Program-made: the position numbers and the translations under genes
Shown: positions 29,008-39,600 of the stretch, in pieces
Numbering within the stretch: the stretch's first letter is position 1
Layout of the letters: the number at the start of each line of letters is the position of its first letter
The notes under the pieces: generated by a model
Told to the model about the DNA's origin: nothing
Database searches by the model: none
What the model saw: only the letters and a program-made list of their open reading frames with translations
From: Candidatus Latescibacterota bacterium
GTDB taxonomy: Bacteria > Latescibacterota > UBA2968
Reading direction: 5' to 3'
DNA length: 64,000 nt
Assembly: GCA_965208125.1 (NCBI GenBank)
Contig: OZ242320.1
Coordinates: 5,632,001 to 5,696,000 of the forward strand

Positions 29008-29502
29008 ATGCGTAACACAGGAATAGCAGTCATGCTGACCATCATCGTCGCCTTCGCCACTTTTACCGGCTGTGCAACGCCCCAGGCCAAGTCCCAGTTG
29101 CAGAGACGCGAGTTCCAAACCCGCAGTTTCGAGACCACGGACGTTAAGGCTGTCCTCAAGGCTATAATCAATGTCTTACAAGACGAGGGATACGTGATAA
29201 AGCAGGCTAACCTGGAACTGGGATTTATTAATGCCACAAAGGAGCATGAAGAGGGCATGAAATTCTCGGAATTGTTATTCAGGCCTCGCGGGGAGTGGTC
29301 GAGCAATACTATCATTGACGCGACATGTAATGTCTCTCAGTACGGTGAAACATGTCGTGTTCGAGCTAACTTCCAGATAAAGACTTTGAATAGGACAGGT
29401 GGTGTTAACAAGGTCAAGCAGCACGACTCCGAAGAGTTCTACACCGACTTCTTCGCCAAAGTGAGTAAGGGGATTTTCATCAACGTTGACCAGGGACTTT
29501 GA
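29008..29502 (+). CDS. Lipoprotein, hypothetical
   Basis: GGGAGG RBS; lipobox FTGC. Confidence 0.8.
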   Translation: MRNTGIAVMLTIIVAFATFTGCATPQAKSQLQRREFQTRSFETTDVKAVLKAIINVLQDEGYVIKQANLELGFINATKEHEEGMKFSELLFRPRGEWSSNTIIDATCNVSQYGETCRVRANFQIKTLNRTGGVNKVKQHDSEEFYTDFFAKVSKGIFINVDQGL

Positions 29503-29565
29503 TCCATCAGGGACTCGTAGTAGGTACTGACCTTGTCGGTCATCATCCACAGAAGGAGGAGTAAC

Positions 29566-30006
29566 ATGAAAAAATTACTGATCTCAGCAATAGCTATGGT
29601 GTTCCTATCGGGTTGCATGATGACCCCGCAGCATCGAAGGGCTGTGCGGGATGATTCTGGTGACCGGATGACTGTTGGAAAGGTTCAAAAAGAAATAAGA
29701 GTCGGTATGAGCGGTGCCGAAGTTGCCCAGGTCCTCGGATCGCCAAATATCGTTTCAACAGATGAAGAACGGCGTGAAGTATGGATATATGACAAAATCT
29801 CGACGGAAACAGCATACTCGACCAGTGAGGGTGGTGTTGCTTCTCTCATCCTTGTAGGTCTGACTGATGTTTTTCTTGGCGGAGGTGGCGGACTATCGGG
29901 TTCATCCGGAGCCAGTTCAACATCTCAGAGAACCCTTACTGTAATAATAAAATTTGATGAAAATAAGCAAGTACGAGATTTTGCGTATCACACATCGCGG
30001 TTCTGA
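29566..30006 (+). CDS. Lipoprotein with BamE/SmpA-like domain
   Basis: Lipobox LSGC; IRVGMS..EV..LGSP..EVWIY..LTVIIKFD..V. Confidence 0.8.
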   Translation: MKKLLISAIAMVFLSGCMMTPQHRRAVRDDSGDRMTVGKVQKEIRVGMSGAEVAQVLGSPNIVSTDEERREVWIYDKISTETAYSTSEGGVASLILVGLTDVFLGGGGGLSGSSGASSTSQRTLTVIIKFDENKQVRDFAYHTSRF

Positions 30007-30320
30007 GCAATAAAGAGTTTTACTATGAAAAGGAGGGCAGACTCGACAACTCACAGAAGGGTTTTACATCCTTTTAATATACATCATTCACCAATGGGTG
30101 CGTAACATCAATAAATTAGTTGAGTTTTGGCACTATAATGTATATATAATTCCCTAAAATTTCTTCACATCTCTGGCAAAATTGATGTTTCTGACCGCTC
30201 AGAAGGTTAAATAAACGACTATATCCCGCATCCTCGTGCTCGCTTTTTCCTCAGACCTATAGCCTTCCCTTTCTCTGCATAGTTCTACAGGCAACCAGGC
30301 CTTCTCCCTTCCGATATTGA

Positions 30321-33300
30321 GTGAAACCCATGAAAAAATTCATTCTTTATTCCACCTTTTTTTTCCTCGTCCTCTTGCCATTCGTACAGGACAGCCGCGC
30401 CCAAAATACCCTTGAGGGGCATACCAATGCAGTCGAATCCGTGGCATTTTCACAAGATGGCACCATGCTCGTCTCCGGGGCAAGAGATGGCACGGTTGTG
30501 CTGTGGAACGTGACGACCAGACGCAATACCGACACCTTTGAAGGGCATACAGATGTAGTCAGTGCTGTGGCGTATGCTCCCGATGGAACACTACTCGCTT
30601 CCGGATCATCAGTAGATGGTACAGTCAAGCTGTGGAACGTGCAGGCGGGCACAAATATTGCCATTCTTGAGGATCAGACAGATGTGGTCAGTGCTGTAGC
30701 ATTTACCTCAGATGGAATATTGCTCGCCTCCGGGTTCGTGAATGGCACAATCCTGCTGTGGGATGTCGCGACAAAGAATGCCACCTCCCTTGAGGGGCAC
30801 AGGAATGCCGTGAGTTCTATGGCATTTTCGCAAGATGGAACGCTACTCGCTTCCGGATCAGCGAATGGCACAATCCTCCTGTGGGACGTACAGGCAGGCA
30901 CAAATATCGCCACCTTTGAAGAGCATACGGATGATGTCTCATCTGTGGCGTTTTCACGCGATGGCACAATCCTCGCTTCTGGATCTGATGATAACACAGT
31001 CAAACTGTGGGACGTACAGGCAGGCACAAATATCGCCACCTTTGAGGAGCATACGGATGCCGTCAGTTCCGTAGCGTTTTCGCAAGATGGAACTGTACTA
31101 TCCTCCGGATCAGTGGATGGCATGGTTATACTGTGGAATGTTGCAAAAAGAAAACAAATCACCACTCTTGAGGAAGATAAAAATGCCGTCAGTTCTATGA
31201 CGTTTTCCTCTGATGGAACGCTACTCGCTTCCGGAGCCGTAAATGGCAGGATCTGGCTTTGGAACGTATCTGAATGGACGCAGCCTCGCCCCGATATCCT
31301 GAGAAAAATCTCCGGCGACGACCAGCAGGGCACAACCAGAGCAATGTTGGCGAATCCCCTGATCGTCGAAGTACGAGATCAGAACGATAACCCCTTACCA
31401 GATGTGCAGGTCACGTTCAGAGTTACCGCTGGTGCGGGAAAACTCAGCGGACGATTCACGATTGAGTACGCAACAACCGATGCAGATGGCCGCGCAGAGG
31501 CTACGCTTACCCCTGGTCCCAATCCGGGGACAAACACCGTTGAAGTATCTATCGCCGGACGTGAGCCGATAACATTTCATGCAATGAGCATTGGAACGCC
31601 GACGGTGCCAAACCTGGACGGGGATTATCCAACATGGCATGTACCCGACGGTGCAATCGCACGCCTGGGCAAAGGACCTATTGGTACAGGGGACAAAGCG
31701 GTCGCATTTTCGCCGAACGGTCAAAGTCTCGCTGTGGCAAGTGGCATTGGCGTATGGCTTTACGACGTGGCGACCTCTCGTGAACTCATGCTATTACCCT
31801 CTGCGAGTGCCGTCAATTCTGTGGCGTTTTCAAGAAATGGGATGCAACTCGCTTCCGGATCCGTAGATGGCACGGTTGCACTGTGGGACATCGCGAAGGG
31901 ACAAAATACCCATACTTTTGAGGCGCGCAGGGGCAAGATCTCTCCCGTAGCATTTTCACAAAAAGAGACACTGACAGCATCCAGGTCTGTCGAATCGGTA
32001 GCATTTTCCCCCGATGGGAAGCTTATAGCTTCTGGGCGAAAAGACGGTACGGTTGTGTTGTTGGATATTGCAACCGGAAACGCCACCACACTTGAAGGCC
32101 ATACAGATTGGGTCAGTTCTGTGGCGTTTTCCCGCCAGGGGCTACTGGCTTCCGGGTCTTTGGATAGAACGATCAAACTATGGAACGTACAGACAGGCAC
32201 AAGAACAGCCATCTTGGAAGCGCGTAGCGGCAATGTCTTTTCCGTAGCCTTTTCACCCGATGGGACAAGACTCGCTTCCGGGTTAGGAGATGGCACTATA
32301 CTTCTGTGGGACATTGCGACAGAAAACGCCATCCCCCTTGAAGGACATACAGATGATGTCCGTTCCGTGTCCTTTTCACCCGATGGAACAATACTATCTT
32401 CCGGATCTGATGATAATACGATCAAGCTGTGGAACATTGCAACGCGCACAAATATCGCCACCTTTGAGGAGCATACAGATCATGTCAATTCTGTATCTCT
32501 ATCTCAGGATGCGGCTGATAGACTGCTACTATCTTCCGGATCTCTGGATGGCACGGTTAAACTATGGGATGTGGCGACGGAAAACGCTACCACCCTTGAA
32601 GGACATACACAGTCAGTCAGTTCTGTCGCGTTCTCGCCCGATGAGGATGAAACGCTACTCGCTTCCGGGTCTCTGGATGGAAACATCCTTCTGTGGGACA
32701 CAGCGAGAAGAGAGCAGATTACCACTCTTGAGGAACATTCGGAAGATGTCTTTTCTGTATCGTTTTCACCAGATGGGAGGCTGATAGCTTCCGGGTCTCT
32801 GGATGGAAACATCCTTCTGTGGGACATTACTACGAAAAACGCTACCACCCTTGAAGGACATACACAGTCAGTCAGTTCTGTCGCATTCTCGCTCAATGAG
32901 GATGAAACGCTACTCGCTTCTGGGTCTTTGGACGGAACAATTCTGCTATGGAACGTAACCACGCGCACAACAACAGCTCCACTTAAAGGACAGGCAGTCA
33001 GTTCCATGGCATTTTCACCCGATGGAACAAGACTCGCTTCTGGGTCTTTGGACGGAACAATTCTGCTATGGAACGTAACCACGCGCACAACAACAGCCCC
33101 ACTTGAAGAACATACGCAGGTGATCAGTTCTATGGCATTTTCGCAGGATGAGGATGGGGAGCTACTACTCGCTTCCGGGTCAGTAGATGGCACGATCCTC
33201 CTGTGGGATGTAGCAACGCGCACAACAACAGCCCTGCTTACAGGACATACAGAGGCAATCACTTCTGTGTCCTTTTCACCTGATGGGACACTACTCGCTT

Positions 33301-33677
33301 CTGGGTCTCTGGATAATACGATCCTCCTGTGGGATGTAGCGACGGAAAACGCCACCCTTCTTGAAGGACATACGGACAATGTCTTTTCCGTGGCGTTTTC
33401 TCCAGATGGGATGCTGTTATCTTCCGGATCAAGAGATGGCACAATCCTGTTGTGGGATATGTCGCCATATATCACACCTCAAACGCCCAATCCCGACTTT
33501 GATGGCGATGGGACTGTTGGTATTCCCGACTTTTTGCTATTTGTAGATCATTTCGGATTAACTCAAAGCGATGCGGAGTATGATGCACGATACGATCTGG
33601 ATGGGAATGGCACAATTGGGGTGGGTGATTTCCTGATCTTTGCCAATGCCTTCGAAAAAGAAGGATCCTCGAATTAA
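30321..33677 (+). CDS. Secreted WD40 repeat protein with a central Big_1-like Ig domain and C-terminal dockerin-like EF-hand pair
   Basis: About 20 LEGH..V.SVAFS.DG..LASGS.D.T..LW repeats; ISGDDQQG..NPLIVEVRDQ..VTF Ig domain; PDFDGDGTVGIPDFL...YDLDGNGTIGVGDFL. Confidence 0.92.
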   Translation: MKPMKKFILYSTFFFLVLLPFVQDSRAQNTLEGHTNAVESVAFSQDGTMLVSGARDGTVVLWNVTTRRNTDTFEGHTDVVSAVAYAPDGTLLASGSSVDGTVKLWNVQAGTNIAILEDQTDVVSAVAFTSDGILLASGFVNGTILLWDVATKNATSLEGHRNAVSSMAFSQDGTLLASGSANGTILLWDVQAGTNIATFEEHTDDVSSVAFSRDGTILASGSDDNTVKLWDVQAGTNIATFEEHTDAVSSVAFSQDGTVLSSGSVDGMVILWNVAKRKQITTLEEDKNAVSSMTFSSDGTLLASGAVNGRIWLWNVSEWTQPRPDILRKISGDDQQGTTRAMLANPLIVEVRDQNDNPLPDVQVTFRVTAGAGKLSGRFTIEYATTDADGRAEATLTPGPNPGTNTVEVSIAGREPITFHAMSIGTPTVPNLDGDYPTWHVPDGAIARLGKGPIGTGDKAVAFSPNGQSLAVASGIGVWLYDVATSRELMLLPSASAVNSVAFSRNGMQLASGSVDGTVALWDIAKGQNTHTFEARRGKISPVAFSQKETLTASRSVESVAFSPDGKLIASGRKDGTVVLLDIATGNATTLEGHTDWVSSVAFSRQGLLASGSLDRTIKLWNVQTGTRTAILEARSGNVFSVAFSPDGTRLASGLGDGTILLWDIATENAIPLEGHTDDVRSVSFSPDGTILSSGSDDNTIKLWNIATRTNIATFEEHTDHVNSVSLSQDAADRLLLSSGSLDGTVKLWDVATENATTLEGHTQSVSSVAFSPDEDETLLASGSLDGNILLWDTARREQITTLEEHSEDVFSVSFSPDGRLIASGSLDGNILLWDITTKNATTLEGHTQSVSSVAFSLNEDETLLASGSLDGTILLWNVTTRTTTAPLKGQAVSSMAFSPDGTRLASGSLDGTILLWNVTTRTTTAPLEEHTQVISSMAFSQDEDGELLLASGSVDGTILLWDVATRTTTALLTGHTEAITSVSFSPDGTLLASGSLDNTILLWDVATENATLLEGHTDNVFSVAFSPDGMLLSSGSRDGTILLWDMSPYITPQTPNPDFDGDGTVGIPDFLLFVDHFGLTQSDAEYDARYDLDGNGTIGVGDFLIFANAFEKEGSSN

Positions 33678-33695
33678 CTACTGCTCTAACATGAC

Positions 33696-36600
33696 ATGAA
33701 AATGAAACCTCCTGTTAAATTTCTCTCCCTCGTGCTCGGCATCACCAGTCTGCTGAGCCTGATCTTTTTGATCTACCCGCGGTCGCTATCCCCACAGACC
33801 AGCAGCGTAGCCTTAGAGACCACTGCGCCACCTTCTCTCGACTTTGACGGCAGTGGGATTGTGGATTTTCCCGACTATTTGATGTTTATAAGCGCGTTTG
33901 GATCTGAGGAGGGCCAGGATAAATACGATGCAAAATACGACCTCAATGGCGATGGTAAAATTGCTTTTGAAGACTTTCTAATTTTAACCGACAACTTTGG
34001 CAAAAATGTTGTAGCACAGAAGTCTCCAACGTCATCGGATCAGAACGCGAGCACGACTCAAAGCATGGCGGAGAACACGGGGACCACCGGTGCGACATTG
34101 CCCATTACCTCGCTGGAGGAATCATTGGTCGCGTCAACGCCACAGCCATTGACAGAAGCAACATTGAATGGCAGTGTGGTCACACTGACGCTGAGCGGTG
34201 CTACTTACGAGTCGTTTTCCTTCTCCATTAGTAATGCAGTAAAAGTATCCGGCATTTCCGGGGTTACCTTTAACAGTTTCTTCCATGTAGAGCGCGTGAG
34301 CGATACAGTGGTAACCGTTGAGCTTACATTTAATGGAGACATCGACACCGATGGCACGCTGACCTTCACGGTAGAGGCAGGTGCCATAGCGGGCTACAGC
34401 GGCTCTGCGCTCACTGCGACATTGCCCGTTACTGCGATACAGGAATCGATGGTCGCGTCAACGCCACAGCCATTGACAGAAGCAACATTGAATGGCAGTG
34501 TGGTCACACTGACGCTGACAGGACGTTCTTATGAGTGGTCTTTCGCCATTAGTCCTGCGCTGACAGTATCCGGCATTTCCGGGGTTACTTTTGACGGTTT
34601 CTTCGATGTAGATCGCGTAAGCGATACAGTAGTAACCGTTGAGCTTACATTTAACGGGAATATGACCACCGATGGCACACTGACCTTCACCTTAGAGGCA
34701 AGCGCCATAGCGGCCTATAACGGTGCTCCATTCACAGCGACATTACCCGTTACTGATAGCTCTGATAATGGAGGCCAACCACCACCGCAACCACCACCGC
34801 AACCACCACCGCAACCACCACCGCAACCACCACCGGGCGGGGGCACGCCTACTGAAAGTCCCGATTTAATTGTCGAAACGCCTACAGTCAGCGATAGCAG
34901 CCCAGATGCAGGTTCATCCTTCACGTTGAGTGCGACTGTTCGCAACCAGGGTGGCAGTCGGTCTGCCTCTACCACATTGCGCTACTATCTGTCAACAGAT
35001 GCGACCATCACGACAGGCGATACGGAAGTAGAAACGGACTACGTGAGCCGCATTAATCCTTCTGGAACCAGCGATGAGTCCGCCCGGATAGAGGCACCAT
35101 CGAGTGAGGGCACATATTACTATGGTGCCTGTGTCGATGTGGTGGATGGCGAATCTGATACAGGAAATAACTGCTCCAGTGCTGTCACTGTCACTGTTCT
35201 TGGTTCTGACTTAATCGTTGAATCGCCTGCAGTCAGCGAAAGTAGCCCGGGACCAGGCGCATCCTTCATATTGAGTGCCACTGTTCGCAACCAGGGCGGC
35301 GGGCGGTCTGCCTCCACGACATTGCGCTATTATCTCTCAACCGATGCCACCATCACGACCAGTGATACGGAGGTAGAAACAGACTATGTGAGCTACCTTG
35401 ATACTTCTGAAACCAGCGATGAGAGGGCTTATTTGGAAGCACCATCGAGTGAAGGCACGTATTACTACGGCGCCTGTGTCGAAAGCGTCACCGGGGAGAA
35501 CGATACGGGTAACAACTGCTCCAGCGCTGTCACTGTCACGGTTAGTGGTTCTGACTTAATCGTTGATTCGCCTACAGTCAGCGAAAGTAACCCGAAAGCA
35601 GGTGCATCCTTCAGGCTATATGCCACCGTTCGCAATCAGGGTGGCAGTCGGTCTGAATCTACGACATTGCGCTATTATCTCTCAACCGATGTGACGATAA
35701 ATACGAACGATCAGGAAATAGAAACGGACTATGTGAGCCGCCTTGCCCCTTCTGAAACCAGCGAGGAATCTGCTTATTTGAACGCCCCGTCGAGTGCGGG
35801 CACGTATTACTACGGAGCCTGTGTCGAAGCAGTCACTGGCGAATCCGACACAGGTAACAATTGCTCCAGTGCTGTCACCGTCACTGTGGGCGGCACAACT
35901 CCCCCACCCCCACCCACTCCCAATCAGCCCCCAGTATTCAGCGAGGGAACAAGCACGACCCGCAGCATAGCAGAAAACACAGGCGCAGGGCAGAACATAG
36001 GAATTCCGATCAGCGCGACAGATGGCGACGGTGACCGGCTCACTTATAGCCTCGAAGGCGCGGATGCCAGAGCATTCACCATCATCTCAGGCAGTGGTCA
36101 ACTCAGGACCCGATCAGGTGTGACGTATGACTATGAGACAAAGAACAGCTATTCAGTAACCGTGCGAGTACAGGACAGCAAAGGCGGGAGTGCAACCATC
36201 GCCGTGACCATCACCCTCACCGATGAGAACGAAGCACCCGGCAGGCCAGATGCGCCCACAGTCACAGCCTCAACACTGAACAGCCTGAGCCTGCGATGGA
36301 CAGCACCGACGGCCTCCGGGTCTGCCATCAGCGACTACGACGTGCAATACAAAGCAGCAGGCGGCAGTTTCACCGACTGGCCCCATACGGGCACGAGCAC
36401 GAACACGACAATCACGGGCTTGACTGCAAATACCCGTTACGAGATACAGGTGCGCGCGCGCAATGCACAAGGCGTGAGCAACTGGTCGCCATCGGCCACC
36501 GGAACGACCACAGCCAATCAGGCCCCAGTGTTCAGCGAGGGCGCGAGCACGACGCGCAGCATCGCAGAAAACACAGGGACAGGGCAGAACATCGGGAACC

Positions 36601-39600
36601 CCGTCAGCGCGACAGATGGCGACAATGACCAGATCACCTACAGCCTCGAAGGTAGGGATGCCTCTGCATTCACCATCCAGTCCAATAGCGGTCAACTCAA
36701 AACCAGATCAGGTCAGACGTATGACTACGAGACCAAGGACCGCTATTCGGTAACCGTGCGGGCGCAGGACGGCAAAGGCGGCAGTGCGACCATCGCCGTA
36801 ACAATAACTCTCACCGATGAAAACGAACCCCCGGGCAGACCCGCTGCACCCACGGTCACAGCTTCGTCGAATAGCCTGAGCCTGCGCTGGACAGCACCGG
36901 AGAATACAGGTCCTGCCATCAGCGACTACGATATACAATACAGGACGTCAGGAGGCAACTTCACCGACTGGCCCCATACTGGTACGAACACCAACACGAC
37001 AATCACGGGCTTGACAGCTAATACCAGTTACGAGGTGCAGGTGCGGGCGACTAATGGCGAAGGCACAGGCGACTGGTCGCCATCGGGCAGTGGGACGACC
37101 AGTAGTACTGATGCTAATAATCCCGATCTGATTGTCGAATCACCTTCCGTCGATAATAACACCCTGTCACCCGAGCAATCCTTCAGGCTCAGAGCGACTG
37201 TTCGCAATCGGGGTGGGGAGCGGTCTGCCTCCACGACATTGCGCTATTATCTCTCAACCGACAATACGATCTCGACAAGTGATACGGAAGTGGGTACGGA
37301 CTATGTGAGCCGCCTTAATGCTTCTGCAAGTAGTGATGAGTCTGTTCGTTTGAACGCCCCATCGAGTGAGGGCACATATTACTATGGCGCCTGTGTCGAA
37401 AGCGTCAGCGGAGAGAGCGATACGGGTAACAACTGCTCCAGTGCGGTCACCGTCACTGTTATGGGTTCTGACTTAATCGTCGAATCGCCTTCGGTCAGCA
37501 ATAGTAGTCCGGGACCAGGTGCATCCTTCACATTGAGTGCAACTGTTCGCAATCGGGGTAGCGGTCGATCTTCCTCTACGACATTGCGCTATTATCTCTC
37601 AACCGACCAGACGATTGACCAGAGTGATACAGAAATAGATACGGACTATGTTAGCTCCCTTGATCCTTCTGAAACCAGTGACGAGTTGGTTTTCTTGTCA
37701 GCCCCGTCAAGTGCTGGCAGATATTACTACGGCGCCTGTGTCGATGCAGTCACTGGAGAATCCGACACGGGTAACAACTGCTCCAGTACTGTCATCGTGA
37801 CCGTGAGGAGCGCCCCTCCTCCACCCGCACCCAATCAGCCTCCAGTATTCAGCGAGGGCACAAGCACGACTCGCAGCATGGCAGAGAACACAGGCGCAGG
37901 GCAGAACATCGGAAACCCGGTCAGCGCGACAGATAGCGACGGCGACCGACTCACCTATAGCCTTCAGGGCGGGGATGCCTCTGCATTTACCATCATCTCA
38001 GGCAGCGGGCAACTCAAGACCAGATCGGGTGTGACGTATGACTATGAGACAAAGGATACCTATTCGGTAACCATGCGAGTACAGGACGGTGAAGGTGGCA
38101 GTGCAACCATCGCCGTGACCATCACCCTCACAGATGAGAATGAACCACCAGATAGACCAGATGCACCAGTAGTCACGGCCTCGACCTTGAACAGCCTGAG
38201 TCTGCGCTGGACAGCACCGACGAACCCCGGGCCTGCGATCAGCGATTACGACGTGCAATACAAAGCAGCAGGCGGCAGCTTCACCGACTGGCCCCATACC
38301 GGGACTGGTACGACGACGACAATCACGGGCCTGACCGCAAACACCCGTTACGAGATACAGGTACGAGCACACAATGCACAGGGCGTGAGCGACTGGTCGC
38401 CATCGGTTACCGGGACAACCATAGCCAATCAGTCTCCAGTGTTCAGCGAGGGAACAAGCACAACCCGCAGCATAGCCGAGAACACAGGCACAGGTCAGAA
38501 CACCGGAAACCCGGTCAGTGCGACAGACGGCGATAACGACCCGATCACCTACAGCCTCGAAGGCAGGGATGCTTCTGCATTTACCATAGTCTCAGACAGC
38601 GGGCAACTCAAGACCCAATCAGGTGAGACGTATGACTATGAGACAAAGGATACGTATTCAGTAACCGTGCGGGCACAGGACAACAAAGGCGGCAGTGCGA
38701 CCATTGCCGTGACCATCACTCTCACCGATGAAAACGAACCCCCGGGCAGACCTGCTGCACCCACAGTCACAGCCTCATCGAATAGCCTGAGCCTGCGTTG
38801 GACAGCACCGGAGAATACCGGTCCTGCGATCAGCGACTACGATGTGCAGTACAGGGCGACAGGCGGCAGTTTCACCGACTGGTCCCATATTGGGCCGGGT
38901 CTGAGCACGACAATTACGGGTTTGATGTCTGAGACCACTTACGAGGTACAGGTGCGGGCGACCAATGATGAAGGCACGAGCGGCTGGTCGCCATCGGGTA
39001 ATGGTACGACCAGTCGTCCCGCGCCCGGCTTTGCCCCGGTAGATCAGAATGCATTCAATACATTTGTTAGCGACAAAGTCCTATCCGTAGAATCCTATTA
39101 TATCGAATTCTTGTCTGCTGGCCGATTTGAGGAAAACAATGCATATCCGGGAAGTTATACATTTTCAAATACTGGCTCGAATACTGGCATATTTACGCAA
39201 AACTATGATGGGGGGCATTTGGGTGGTACCTGTACAATCGAAATGACCTTCTCTTCAACAACCACAGGGACTTTACGCGCCAAATGTGGTAGCGAACAAA
39301 ACTACGATTCACCCCAGGCGTGGCAGTTTTCCGATCCGCCCGACCCCAATGCCTTTAATATCGAAGTCATTTGGGTCGGCAGCCAGCCATCTGCAGCTCA
39401 TCAGGCAGCTTTCAATGCCGCGGTTACGCGTTGGGAGAGCATCATCACGAGTGACATCCCCGATGTTTTTGTCAGTTCAGATGAAGGGGGCACGATAGAC
39501 GGCGTTAAGGTCTTCGGTCTTGTAGATGACCTGAGAATCTACGCGCGCCTCGCCAATATTGACGGCCCAGGAGAAACCCTGGGGAGTGCGGGTCCCCGAA

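Noticed and set aside
25500-30320. Possible integron or prophage/IS boundary in the AT-rich zone
   Set aside because: No integrase, transposase, attC-like site or terminal inverted repeats recognised.
30347-33475. Long antisense ORFs (219-323 aa) over the first WD40 gene
   Set aside because: Shadow frames of a repetitive sense gene. They mirror the WD40 period and have no independent features.
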